Source: Dicyema japonicum
Taxonomy: Eukaryota > Animalia > Dicyemida
Length of the DNA stretch: 64,000 nt
NCBI GenBank assembly: GCA_011109175.1
Contig: RDEW01000028.1
Coordinates: 1-64,000, forward strand
Reading direction: 5' to 3'
Positions within the stretch are counted from its first letter, which is position 1. Each line of letters opens with the position of its first letter. The notes beneath the pieces were generated by a model that saw only the letters and a list, made by a program, of their open reading frames with translations, was not told the DNA's origin and made no database searches. Below, one piece after another: positions 1 to 12,419 of this stretch. The translations under genes were made by a program, and so were the position numbers.

Positions 1-140
1 GTATGTTGCTGATTGCGTACGCCACGTTGTTGATTGAGGTGATCTCCAAATGGAAGCCAGATAGAATCGTGGAGCGTGTTGATTCAGTCGTGTTAGTAAA
101 GGGGATGCTGTTATGAATAAGCGTAATAACCTCTCCCCCA
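1..140 (-). mobile_element. APE-type endonuclease fragment of a non-LTR retrotransposon (runs off window edge)
   Basis: Manual minus-strand translation GGEVITLIHNSIPFT...LEITSINNVAYAISNI resembles the GGGV...NIY segment of LINE APE domains. Short and degenerate. Confidence 0.35.
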
Positions 141-479
141 TTCGTTCTAAAGAATACCAACCTGACCTCTCTTGGATCTCGTCCCTGAGGAACATAATCG
201 TGTACTTTAATGCTAGGAAACCTCTATGGTCTCCGATGTGAATGATTGACATTTTTAAGGACAGGACCTCCCTTCACGTTGTGACAACAATACAACCGTA
301 TTTCTGCCTAGATATTGGGACATAGGAAATCTCGTGCTAGCGGAGTAAGGCTCTGCCCTCTTTTCGGCTTTTTCAATCTCCACATGAATAGCATACCCGA
401 GTTGGAAGATACGCTGGTCCTGTCCTTGATCCTCGCGGCTCAAAATAGAAACATTACCTCCGGCTCAGCCCGTCTCCAA

Positions 480-3310
480 ACACAATTGGATTCTATAGAG
501 TCCTTGTATTGACCAATCACCTCTATCCCTACCCTTCATGTCCAGCGTCACAGTATTCACTCCCTACCGACATCAGCTAAAAGTTCAACCGGAGCTAAAC
601 TCACCCTCCAGTATCTTCCCGCCCATCGTTAGAGCTTCTATACAAACAATTCGTTCTACCTAGTGCTGCATGGATTGCCCCCTTATCAATATCGGCACAA
701 GATGGAGGTTTTACAAAATCGATGTTTCAGGATTCTATTGAGATCGTTGAAAAGGACGTCCACCTCGTTACTGAGGAGAACACTAAACGTCCCCCAATCA
801 TGGAATACATTACGGAAGCTCACCTAGACTCCTGATCAGGATCCCCAAAGCTGCCCGTATATTTGTCGCGGACTGCCTATTTAAATGTATTAAAAGGGCA
901 GTTTCTTCGGACGACCCTGAGGATTGAGTACGATTATTTTGCTTCGCTTCATTCACATTATGCATACCCCATAGGAGAGGGAAAGAAGAGAAATCACTCA
1001 CGTCATTGTAAAAGAGAATGTCCACACATTCTTCTCAAGGGACCTATTGGCAGATCCAGAAAAACTCACCTACAAATCCCAAAACCATGATTAAGAAGTG
1101 CGATCCGTCGAAAACTATCGGAAGGTGGAATCCGTGCTGCCGTGAGGATTTTGCAGATCAACACCGTATAATTGAGCCGTCTGAACAGTCCTACGCATCA
1201 CTTGTTGAGCGACACCCAAGTCTCCCCAACGACCACCGGATTCCTATTTGCCCAGGACAATTACCCAATCTACTTGTCTCTGAAGAAGACGTAAAAATGG
1301 GATTCTCTCCTTCGTCCCGAGCAGCAGTGGAGGACTAGATGGGCTGCGTCCTGGTCACCTCAAAGACCTCATTGCTTACGAGCAACTTTGAGGTCCGGCT
1401 CGTGTTGACCATTACCAAACTAATGAACAGGATGCTGTCAGGGACACAACCAGAAAAAATTTAACAAGTAATGTTCTCCGCCAAATTAATCGCATTCGAC
1501 AAAAGGGGAGGGGAAATACGCCCTATTGCTGTCGGCCTGGTCTTTCCTCGGTTGGCCCTAAGCTTGTATGCAGAACAATCCTGCCTACGCTGATAACACA
1601 GCTACAACCGACCCAAATAAGACGTGATACAATTATGGAGGATAGCTTCAAATACTACCCATCAGTGTACAGCTATATTCATAGCTCGTACGGACAACCA
1701 TCCAGTCTGGTACATGGCCAATACTACATCCCATCGTCTTCTGGAGTCCAACAAGGAGACCCACTAGGGCCTGCCTTGTTCAGCCTGGGAATAGCCGTAT
1801 CACAGGATATTGTTCACTCCTCTGAGGGCATGGTATCTGGATGATTGCACCATGGGCGGCCATCCGAAAAATGTACTAGATTGTTTGAAAAGTCTGATAG
1901 TCTAAATGGAATCTCTATGCCTAACTCTAAACACCTCAATTTTGGATTTCCGCAGCCTGAATGGGATCTGATCTTTGATATGTTTAGAGAGATCATTCTG
2001 AAAGCCACAGAAACCAAATCAGAACAACTGGAAATACTTGGATGTTCTTTTACTGATGCTGGAATCAGTAACACTCTAAGAACAAAAGAAAATCAACTAA
2101 AAACAACATTCAGACGTCTGGAGATGCTGGACGCACATACCTCTCTATTCCTGCTAAGTATCTTAATGCCTTTGGTCCCGGATTCATTTCAACATCTCTT
2201 ATCAGCACAGAAACTGAACTACGTTTTTTGGGGGCACTCTGCTATCTGAAAATACAACAGCTCGATACTATCGATTCCTTCTTCCGGACCATTATTGAAC
2301 GTGTCACAAATGTTAAATTTGACGACCAAGGGACCAGGCGATCCTACCCGTTAGCCTGGGCAAACTAAGAATCCCTTCACTAAAAGATCTGGTTTGTCCC
2401 GCGTATCTTTTCTCTTTGTCTCCACCCGACTGCTGGTCAGGATGACTCTACAACTCCAAACAGAATCGTCTGAAATCACAGAGATGGAGCATTGGATGGT
2501 GATGATGCTTAGGCAAAATAATCGTTACAGAACCATCTGCGAGGATAAATATGAAAGGCTTCAGAACCAATCAAACCAACAAAGACGTTCCTGTCTAGTC
2601 ACTAGAAAATGAAAATAGAGTAGCGCGTAGATCAATCCCTTCCCCGTTTGTAGTGTCGGGACACACCATAACGACGACACCGTCCGCATCGGCATCTCCA
2701 CCAGGTTTGGACTAAAAATTTGCCGACTCACAAATGCCGGTGTGGCGGCACCGTCGACTGTTATGGACACCATGCCCTCTCGTGTCGAAGAAGTGCTAGA
2801 CGATTCCCAAGACACAAGGCGATCAACGGAATTGTCAGGCGACCCTTGGAGTCTGCGGGATACCCCGCCATACTTGAACCTGTTTGCCTGGAGAGAGGAA
2901 ACTAAAAACGTCCCGACGGGATCACAATTTTCCCATTCGAAAAAGGGAAACCTCTAGTCCTGAACGCTACTTGTGTCGACGCACTTTGCCCGTCCAACAT
3001 TGTCGGAGCGCAATAGACACACTGTATGCCGCGAAAAAAAATTGTGAGGGCAAAGTAGAAGAAATATGAAGCGCTACGCGACTGATTCGCGTTCTATTGT
3101 GGTTGAGACAACTGGAGGAATAAGTGGAAAATCGCTTCGCTTCCTAAAGAAACTTAGACACTTAGTTACACTAAAAAGCCACGACGCGCGTGAGACCCGG
3201 TGGTTTCTCCAGTTGATCTTTGTTGCAACCGTGAGAGGCAACGCAACGTCGATAATGTCAGCGAGGTCCTCTTTGGATGGATGGCTGTGTTAATTCACTA
3301 TTTGCTATTA
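480..3310 (+). mobile_element. CRE-clade non-LTR retrotransposon (RT + restriction-like endonuclease), decayed
   Basis: RT motifs IRPIAVG and SSGVQQGDPLGPALFSLG. Cys/His knuckle HKCRCGGTVDCYGHHALSC, then RHKAING, the REL motif RPDGITIFP, VETTGG and RETRWFLQLIFVATVRGNA. Many stops and frameshifts. Confidence 0.85.
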
Positions 3311-3659
3311 TTAATTCATTTAAAACTAACAGTTAGCAATCACTGGCTGATTGAGAACATATTTTCCTTGACGATTTGCAAGGAAATGCGCTCAATTAGC
3401 TTCGTTCTCTTCTGTCATTTTCCTCTAAGCGATGAGCGATCCGATTCTGTTTAACTGGGTCAGTGATTTACCTCTATGATTCCTGACGTTTCTATGATTC
3501 CTGGTTCAAAAATGAACTGTCAATGAGAATGCCCTTTTCTGGCTAGTATCGATCTTCATGACAAATTTCCAGGAAGTAAATGGAGTCCAGGAAGTAAATG
3601 GACCCCATGAGGCACATGCGTAAAAGATGTGTTATTATACGCACTTACACTGTCATGGG

Positions 3660-4320
3660 ACGTGACAAAGCATTAGCAACTCGAAAAATAAACTACTAGT
3701 TAATTTCTTACATCTCTGAAGAATCTTTGCCACGTCCAACAGCCTGTCGATGTCTCCCCGTCCTTGAGGCGTCTCCCGATTTCCTTAAGGACTTCATCAG
3801 GACGGTTGGTAGTGTTGCTCGAGGTCGACCGCGGAAACATGGAGCATCAATAACAAAGTAATCTTCCATTGTCACGATTGTGGAAGTACCCATGTCTAGA
3901 CGAAATATATGTGCAAACAGCCTCTATCTTGCCTCTATGATCCCGCACGAAATAGCTGTGCTCCTCGTTCTCTTATAAAGAATAACGGACGGAAGTCTGG
4001 AGTGATTTCAGGAGAAAATGGTATGCCGAATCTGGTCTCTGTGAAAGGGGTTCAGCTTTCCAAGGTCCTGTCATGGCAAGCCCAGTCCCGCGTTATACAA
4101 GAGTATGAGTTTCACAAGTGCGTTGTACAGGTGGACTCTTGTATCAACATCGAGCCCGTTACGGGCAAACCAGGTATTCTAGATTTTGTGCAGTGGGCAT
4201 TTGCTAATGTTTATTGTTGTTTCTTCGCTATCTCCGATAAGGGAGCCCAGCTTTTGGTTTTGAGCAAATACTCTTCCGTCCTCACTTCCTCTCTTCTGAG
4301 TTCTGTGACTTGAGTTTTAT
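3660..4320 (-). mobile_element. RTE-clade non-LTR retrotransposon, 3' fragment
   Basis: C-terminal MEDYF...FRGRPRATLPTVL, the same motif as in the RTE copies at 26.4k, 38.6k and 43.4k. Confidence 0.8.
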
Positions 4321-4402
4321 CCTGGTTTACAGTTAAACACCATTAAGTCTACTTCCCCGGATGCATATAACGAATAATTTACTATCTGAATATGAAATTA
4401 TA

Positions 4403-5600
4403 GACTGCACTTATACGCAGAGCCCTTTAGCTATAGCTCCGCTTAGGCAGGACACAATTTATTTAAGTAAAGAACAGTTATGATAACTAATCGTAGGGGG
4501 AGAACAAGGAATGCTTTTCACGGTGTATTTCCTTTATAGAGGATCCGGTTCCGCAGTGAAATTATTATTATTGAAAACCAAAAATCACCGACAAATTAAA
4601 TAACTACATAACCGTCAGGTGATTCAGGCCGCCTCGAATAGCCATCTCATTCTTGCTCGGTGTTCCTCCCGGGTTCCAACGCATTTCCGGATTGGGCGGG
4701 GTTTTCTAACTTTTTTGGGGGGTAGTAAGGCTCCTGTTTTCCTCACTAATTCCTCAAATGGTGTAGGGTTTAGAGGTGTCTGGGAAAACTTTTGCAGAGT
4801 TTTACTGGTCATTTTTTGGAATGTATTAATTTTTTCCATATTCGCGTTTGATAGTTTGGTTCCCCATGCAGCACACCCATAAGTTAGAGACGGTTGAATA
4901 AACTGCACGTAGAGCGAGTCCAAATTTAAGTTGAAACACCCATTATATTGTCCAAGGAGTGTTTTAACAAAATTTAGCTTTCGTTGTGCCGAGTAGATGA
5001 CGTTGTCGATATGTTTGCTGAAGGTCAAGAGTGGATCGTATGTTACGCCCAGTATCTTGACCGAGTTGGTCGTGGGGATTGAGTTTCCATTTATGGTTAC
5101 ACATGGAGCGGAGTTTGTAATCTTCTGTTTGTTGTGAAAATTGTTGTATGAGACTTTTCGGGACTTGTGTGTAGAATGTTCTTAACGAGCCAACAGTTCA
5201 GATCGTCCAATGAAACTTGCAGCCGGTATACAGCAGTATGAACGCACTGGTCTTTGACTGCGACGATATGTCAGAACCAGAGTATCGTCACTGGTAAGGG
5301 AGGGCATATCATTCAAGAATAGTTTGAACAGGTGTGGTGACAGTGGAGATCCTTGAGGGACCCCATTTGGAAGGAACTAAGTCACTGACCTAGTTTTTCC
5401 AGCAGTCACTCTTCCTCTTCTTCCATTGAGGAAATTAGCAATCCAGATTTTCAGGTTGTTTGGGATTTTTAATGTAGAGATCTTCTTTATCGAAAGCTTT
5501 CTTGGGACAGTGTCGAAGGCCTTTTCTACATCGATGGAGCATAATGACTTTGAATATTCACTGATGCGGGCATCACTCAGCAAGTCAAAGCAGTAAAGTT
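4403..5600 (-). mobile_element. SINE-like repeat copy 1 (core + 3' part), split by a LINE insertion at 4561-5550
   Basis: 4403-4560 matches 15883-16020 and 25667-25850 (CTGCGGAACCGGAT...AGCATTCCTTG(G)TTC...TACGA(T/A)TAGTTAT). The 5' half of the core (GACTTGCTGAGTGATGCCCGCATCAGTGAATATTCA) resumes at 5551-5586. Confidence 0.7.
4561..5550 (-). mobile_element. APE-RT LINE family A, 5'-truncated copy
   Basis: RT motifs SIDVEKAFDTV, WIANFLNGRRGRV, GVPQGSPLSP. C-terminal RPIRKCVGTREEHRARM. (TAA)n tail at 4561-4572, TGAA duplicated at 4557-4560 and 5551-5554. Confidence 0.9.
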
Positions 5601-5810
5601 ATAAATAATAATTAATTATGTAAATATTGAAATTATAAATAATAATTTTAAATAAATAAGCTATGATGTAAAAATAATTTGGTTTACTTTAATTTTAGAC
5701 TGGCCAACCTTCTATAATAAATAGAAGAGCGACGCAAACTATTTCATTCTACTTAATTGGCAGGGTTTGTCTCTAATTACTCTATTATTGTCAATTTAAT
5801 ATTGATTCAG

Positions 5811-6482
5811 TAACCTACAGGCGTGATTTCCGATCTCTAAAAAATTACGACGAGGAGAAGTATGGAGTTCAGATCTCCAATTTACCAACAGATACCATCG
5901 ATTCTGACATTCAATCCATCTTAGGGGGATGCAGGGTTATAGTTTACTTGATTACCATTAGATCAGGAAGACCAGGCTTCTTAATGACAACATGACTGGA
6001 TCCTTTACAGGTCACGAGTTTTGGTTGAATCTCAGGAAGGGCTTTCGTTTACTTCGAAGACTACAATTCACTAAAAAATTCGCTGGAATTGGACGGATGC
6101 GTTTGTGAGAGTATAATTTCAGGAATACGATGGCCAATATCTAATAATCCAACCAGCCAAATCCAAGACTAATCAAAGGAATCCTAGAAGTCATCAAGAG
6201 GATGATAGATTTAAGAAGATGTCGACTGACAACTATGGGAGAGCAAATTTTGGGAGAAATCAAGGTTATAGAGAAAAACCCTTTCAGAAGGACTTTCAGA
6301 GAAATTGCTCGTCGGTTGATGCCCCGAGTTTCCAAAGGGGGTCGAATTTCAGCGACTTTGAGACAAGGAAGAGGGAAAGAGGTTTACTAAAGTGCACATT
6401 TTTAGAAAAGGCGATCAGAGGAGAGAAGATGGAAAAAAAGGATGAGCAAGAAGAAAGTGACCCCAAAGGTGAAGATAATTGA
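5811..6482 (+). CDS. EIF4H: eIF4H/eIF4B-like single-RRM protein (5' end uncertain)
   Basis: Removing 26, 25, 22 and 24 nt GT-AG introns gives VQISNLPTDTIDSDIQSILGGCRIRKTRLLNDNMTGSFTGRAFVYFEDYNSLKNSLELDGCEYDGQYLIIQPA with RNP2/RNP1, resembling eIF4H (recalled sequence). Stop TGA at 6480-6482. Start codon not resolved. Confidence 0.6.
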
Positions 6483-7499
6483 TGTGCTGAGTGATATTTT
6501 TAATTGGTTTTGTTTCATTTCATTGGCAACTTTGCACGTAGATATTCGCACATTGTATCAGTTCTATAAATTTGCACGTGTATATTGTCACATTTCACGT
6601 GTTTCTAATTGATACGGCCATAATCGCTACTACTACCTCGGATGTCTCCGTCCCAGCACACTGTGGTCTGTTGACAGGGGGACAATGGCTTGCCTCAATA
6701 GGGCCTCGTAGTGCCACCACAATGCGGTTTTCTATAACGAATGGTAGTGGGTAACACTCGCTCTCTATGGCGCCACCTGGTTAAGGACTTGGTGGTGAAG
6801 TCTTGTGACTCTTGATGTGATGTCGAATTAGTAGATGTGGGATTTTTAGACAATAATTAAGCACAAATCGATTGGGCCCTTGAAATTTATCATTTGAATT
6901 AAATAAGCTTAATTTAGGAGTTAACTATTGGTTTAGTGATGATAGTGGAATAACCACGTGCTGTGGTCTCTTTTATTAAAAGACCGCAAATTTTATAAAC
7001 TATTTATATTAAGAACATTAGAGAACTTACTAATTTTCTTGTTCTCCCAGGGTTGGTTCTTCCAATTTGGGTCGAATAGGAATTCCGATTTTTCCTTATT
7101 TTCAAAGTTCGTGTATCGGATATCCCCCGTGTCCATCAAAATAGGGAACGAGAAGATATATCAACCTTGAAGTCATTACAATAGAGTTATGTCAAAACGC
7201 ATGCTTCGTCATGTCATCAGCTCAACCTTCAAATCAATCGACTACTACGCTAACAGATTAATACAGGTATAAGGTTCCCCTTTTGCTCATCTTCGTTTTG
7301 GCTGAGTCGATCCCATAGTCATTATGCAGGATTGATTTCTAATACTTTTTTGATCTTCTAAAAGGGGTGGACCCCATACTGGATTGTTTGATTTTTCCTA
7401 CCCCCTGAATACCTCCATGTGATAGTCTCTTATTCTCTCACTGGTAATCTTTCCTCTGGGGGTTAACAAGGCAATAAATATTTGGCTTTCAACGACGTT

Positions 7500-7960
7500 T
7501 TATTGAAAATTGAAATTTATTTCCAAAGACCACAGTTAAAGACAAAAACAAGAAATTATGTGATTCCCACTCTCAGCTTGGCCGGCAGTCTTCCTTCGAT
7601 CCAAAACAAGCACACAGTGGACGAGTGATTGGCTTTGAAGCTAAGGTGGGGAAATGTTAGAGACACTAAGAGATTCTTATTTCTCCACGGGGGGTCGATT
7701 TCAGAAAACAGTGTCTTTGTTAAGTGGTTAGTCTTGCTATGAGAAACAGATTTACAATAAATCGACGTCAAAAACTGACAATTAGCTTTCTCCTTTCATA
7801 GATCGGCGCTTGTAACAGGCATGTCGACAAAACAGATGATTTTCCCCCTAAGAGAAGATCCCATACTCAAACATGACACTTCTGAAGACGAGTGACTCAT
7901 AGGTGACTCCTTAACTTGTTTGTAACTTCCATTCAACCACCTTTGCTGGTGAACTTAGAA
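7500..7960 (-). mobile_element. Highly decayed LINE 3' end
   Basis: IICFVD (RT domain-5-like). C-terminus ...RVGIT* and 3' UTR CTGTGGTCTTTGGAAATAAA resemble the family A end at 47760-47800. Confidence 0.4.
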
Positions 7961-7997
7961 AATTATAATAAGCACAAATTTTTGAATATTAAAAAAA

Positions 7998-8465
7998 TTA
8001 TATTTTTGTAAATTTAGAATTTATCTGAGGCTTTTTTCGAGTAATCGACGTCATGGAAACTATCGAATTGTTGTTTCTTGGATTTTTCCAATCATCTTTC
8101 AATAAAGTGATCAAATCAACAGCTCCATTTTGAGTTGTTGAATGTCCGATGATCTTATTTGGGGTTTGCTCTCCCGAAGTTCCCGAATTGGATCTAATAG
8201 AATTCACAAGATGACCTAAATATTATTTGAAATTACCTCCGCCAAAAGAATAATTAAAAGAAGAGTGAGGACGACCAGATACTGAGGATTTAGTCGACGA
8301 ATTGGAATTTGCCTTAGTTGAGTCGAATTTTTTAACCATCTCAGAAACGAATGATTGACGTCCGAAAATAGTTCCCCCAGACAGGAACGCTTTGTATATT
8401 TTGAGGCATGAAAAACGTCTGTACATGTTATTTTTAGAAGGGAGATTTTCATGTTCATCCACCAT
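7998..8465 (-). CDS. Unidentified Ser/Asn-rich protein (3' exons)
   Basis: ORFs 8223-8465 and 7998-8207 join in frame when the 21-nt intron GTAATTTCAAATAATATTTAG is removed (...FGG|GHLVNSIRS...). No domain recognised. Confidence 0.35.
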
Positions 8466-8729
8466 CTACAATTTACCCGCACTGCGCTATTTTTATAGCT
8501 GGTCGGGCGTATGTATTAATGAACCAAGTAATGATTATTTAATTTAATTGGTAATAACTGACAAAATATTATTCACATCTCGACTATATTTCGGAAGTTA
8601 TAAAGTGACCATTACACGTGGGGGATTAGGAGATGTGATTTTTGTGTGTAATACATTTATTAACCAGAACTTACTTGTTCTTCGAATAGAATGGCTTGTT
8701 GCTATGGTAACCATTGAAGTATGTTAATT

Positions 8730-9148
8730 ACGTTTTTATGTGATTTCTATTATGGTAGAAGGTTGCAGCCTCGACTGTCTGGCTATTCCTTCTATGGAAA
8801 TCCGATTTTGGTCACTGGTCATCTCCCGCTCCTCTCTCCTGAAACTGTCTGTAATCCAGGAAGCTGACAAAAGAGTCATTAGTCGCAAATTTATGTTCAC
8901 TCTTTTGGAAGCAGTTTTGATTGGACGACAATGGAAGTTGGTGAGGGCAGCTACTCCGCCTAACAGCACCCTATACGAAGCTATGATCAAATACCTTAAA
9001 AACCGTCCTAGATACGAGATAACTACATGTCCTTTCTGGTGACTCGTCCACGTAGGATAGGACCTCCGCCATGTCGGTCTGGGATCATTTAGTTGGGAAC
9101 TTTCTCTTTTTCCTTTTAACCGGGTGATTCTGGGGTAATAATAATAAA
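8730..9148 (+). mobile_element. APE-RT LINE 3' fragment (subfamily shared with 54900-55437)
   Basis: LEAVLIGRQWKLVRAA...LYEAMIKYLKNRPRYEIT is nearly the same as the 55.2k copy. Shared 3' UTR TTAGTTGGGAACTTTCTCTTT...GGTGAT...GGTAATAATA. Confidence 0.75.
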
Positions 9149-9489
9149 TCCGCTTGAATAGCCACCATTGAGCAAAGAGGTCCCCTGTGGATTCCGAGTT
9201 TTCTAAAGAAAGAATATGACATGGGCTCCAAAAATTTCCACAGTGAGAGGAACGAACGTTACATCACCGTTACATTAGTATACTTACAACGCTTCAACTC
9301 CAGGCTTACAATATTTGTTAGCACGTTCTAGCGTCGCGGACATTTAATCGGAAGAGTTTTCATAATAATCTTCATCAGTCGATTCAGGGAGAAGGTTCCT
9401 CAACAACTGTGTCGTGCCAGAAGTACTCGTCGTTTCACGGGTGGGATGGTTGACGAGAATTGTTGACCTCGCTGAAAAGTCAATCTTTC

Positions 9490-9550
9490 GGATTCGAACC
9501 CACGACAGATCCGATGGCATCAAACGTTGCGTTCAGCCAGAAGGCCACAA
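9490..9550 (-). ncRNA. tRNA-derived Pol III head (A box + B box), probable SINE 5' end; not a foldable tRNA
   Basis: Minus strand GTGGCCTTCTGGCTGAACGC (A-box-like) and GTCGTGGGTTCGAATCC (B box). No complete cloverleaf. Confidence 0.5.
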
Positions 9551-10289
9551 GCTTAGTGCAGCATTGAGTGAGCTAATGAGACTCGAAAAAATTTTGAGAC
9601 AGAGAAATTTTAATAAAAATTATGTTAAAAATTACATAATTAGCCTGCCTGAGGAGGCTAGCGAACAGGCAGAGGAAGGTTGTTGATTATTAAATATTAA
9701 CTTAGTTGGTTAAATAAATTTCATTTATAGATGCCATAAATTCCATTTTCGAAATTTAGATGCCATAAAAAATTGCCCTAGTTATTATCCACTTTTTCCA
9801 ATTTTGACACAGATATTGTGCATTGTCTTGTCATTTCAAAGTTTCAGATTCCCAACTCTAGAGTTCATTAGAAATGGGACGAAAAATATATCTTAATAAG
9901 ATGAAGACATTAAGAACTATATCATACCCTACCAGATTACGTCCCCAACCCTCAATTAACCACTTAACTGGTCGTACATAAAAATGACTTATTTTTCCGA
10001 ACACATTATCAGAAATTCACTTTCAATTTTGAATGTTTAAATTATCGAGTAAATCCTTGGGGGTTTCTCAATTTAGAAGAGGTAGGACATTTTTCAGCCC
10101 TTTCGGCGAAGAGTAGTAATGTTTCTATTATTAAACCTTAGCTTAATTCACAATTTATTTAAGAAAGAACTCCTATAATCCAAGACATCGAGAGTGTTTT
10201 TGCTCTTATTTGCTTAAGTTTGAATCCTTAAGACAATAAGGTGATTAATCATTGATGACTGCGTCACTCATCAAAAATAGGCACGACTT

Positions 10290-10660
10290 GCATTATACCT
10301 TGTGGAGTTCCAATGTGCGTTTTAAATTTGTAAATTGTGTTCGTCTAACAACGTTTCTAGTTTCCTCAACGAACAGTATCAAAAGCTCTCAATAAATCAA
10401 TCCTAAGAATATTAAGTGCCTTCTATAACCTTTGCGTCATGGCTCACACACATCTATATGTCCACATGATATCTACCGTAGACCTCCCTCTTCTAAATCC
10501 AATTTGTCCCACCGAAAAGTACTTGTCCACACTGTGATATTCTATCAAGAACAATTATGGGTCTCAGATTTTAAACTGACCCAACTGACCTCCCGGGTTT
10601 TTGCATAGGAATTAGAACTCCTTGTCCAAGTGGAACTCCCATGTGTAGTAAAAATGTAAT
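10290..10660 (-). mobile_element. RTE-clade RT fragment
   Basis: Across frameshifts: LIPMQKPG..NLRPII, GFRRGRSTVDIMW, LRIDLLRAFDTV. Confidence 0.7.
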
Positions 10661-11749
10661 TTATTAAATTGCATAGCTGATGGGTAAGTGCGAGGTGAGT
10701 GTTTTTCAAGTTCTCCGTTTATACCGTAAATACCATGACTTTTTCCGTTAGTCAGTTTTTGCAAAGCCGTTTGTATCTCAGTTAGAGTTATTAGCAGGGA
10801 GATTTTTTTGACTTAATAAATCCGAAATTTTGACCTAAAAATTGACTTTAAAAATTCACCTAGAATTTTTTTAAATATGAAAAAAACAAATCAAAAATTT
10901 TATTAAAATATAGAATAATGTAATTAAATACATTTTCAGGTTAAAAATTTAGTTCTTTAGGTAATAATTTTATCAATAATAAAAATCTTTTCTGAATAGA
11001 TAGAAGGATATTTTTCAAATAGTATATGCATGGAGAAATATGTTGTTTTCCATTTTTAATACAAAAAACTTATTGACAGAAAATCTAGATTCGAACTTTC
11101 TTAATTCCGCATAAATAGTTACTGAAATACAATTTTTTTAATATGCTAGCTGCGTCTTCTACGGTGAAGTAAGAAAATTTCCCATTCTGAGCAGAATTAT
11201 TTTGGGTAGATCACCAATTTCAATAATTTTTTCTGTTTTTTATAAAAGAAATTTATTTCTGTATTCACACATATATATCGATTTCATAGATCAAACCAAT
11301 TTTTTCCAACTTTATAATAAATTCATGTAAAAACTCAAAAATATCTTTGGTCAAGTTACCTTTGGCATAAATTTTGTAGAATTTTGCATATAAGTAAAAC
11401 AATACCCAATACCCTCAAACAAGTTTTGTAAACTTTAATATTCAACTTGTGCAAAGAAAACCATATTCAAATAAGCATTAGTGACCTCATTGAGCCAAGA
11501 GTCGGTAGGTGGAATGAGAAAATCAGATATTTTACAGTAGCACTTGTGAAATAGTAATAAAATGACCTGTTAGTTTGAAATCTTTATTAGACAAAAGATT
11601 CAATGACAAACTGATGTTAGAAAATTCGCGAGTTGATAGAAAATTCACCAGAATATTTTCTAATCTTAACCTTTTCAATGGCATTCCTGATTTGAATGCG
11701 GCATAGCAGTTAGTATTTTATTGACCTAAAAATTAAATTTGACTTTTTT

Positions 11750-12400
11750 GACATTAAACAGCCTACACCCGATAACACTAATGAATACGATAAGGAAAAT
11801 ACTCTCCCTTGTTGTGCTGGATCGTATTTCAGGCCCTGTGAATGAGTTCCTGAACCCAAATCAAAGTGGATTCAGACCTGGAAGGTCAACGACAGACGTT
11901 GTATGGAGCCACAGGTGGATGTGTGCAATGTGCCAGAAACACAAAGAAGAAATCTCAATCTTTGGAATTGACTTATCCCGTGCTTTCGACACTATTAACC
12001 ACAAAAAGCTAATGCAGGTACTGGAAAGTATGATCAGATTTTTACTCTCCAGAATTGTTTCACTAACGTGATGGAAGTAATCTACGCCGATGATATTGAT
12101 TTCGTCTGCCGGGATAGGAATACGCGAGAAACTATACTAAAAGTGATCCCTCAAGGCTTGGAAGACTGGTCCCTAGTAGTAAACCGAGACAAAACGGAAA
12201 GAACTAGCATATCCCGTTGCACGACGAGAAACGAGGAAAAGTGGAGAACATGCAAGAAAGTTAGATCTCTCCTCGGGGACTCGGAGGACGTTATTCAGGA
12301 AAGTTCTGGCGCTTCTTTCAAAAAATTGTGGGCGATCTGGATGAGGCGAAAGTACATAACTCGCTTTCGAATTCGGTTGTACAACTCCTTTATACAAGGA
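11750..12400 (+). mobile_element. RTE-clade RT fragment, internally deleted
   Basis: NQSGFRPGRSTTDVVWSHRW, GIDLSRAFDTI, VIYADDIDF, LVVNRDKTE. Confidence 0.85.
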
Positions 12401-12419
12401 ATACCTATTATAATATGCA

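Noticed and set aside
5377-5583. ORF MLSDARISEYSKSLCSIDVEKAFD as an independent gene
   Set aside because: Chimera of SINE core sequence and a 5'-truncated LINE RT.
7685-7696. DPPWRNK in ORF 7556-7771, suggesting a METTL4/MT-A70 methyltransferase
   Set aside because: No hydrophobic strand before DPPW and no other MT-A70 motifs. The frame continues from an RT-like IICFVD and ends in a LINE-type C-terminus and 3' UTR.
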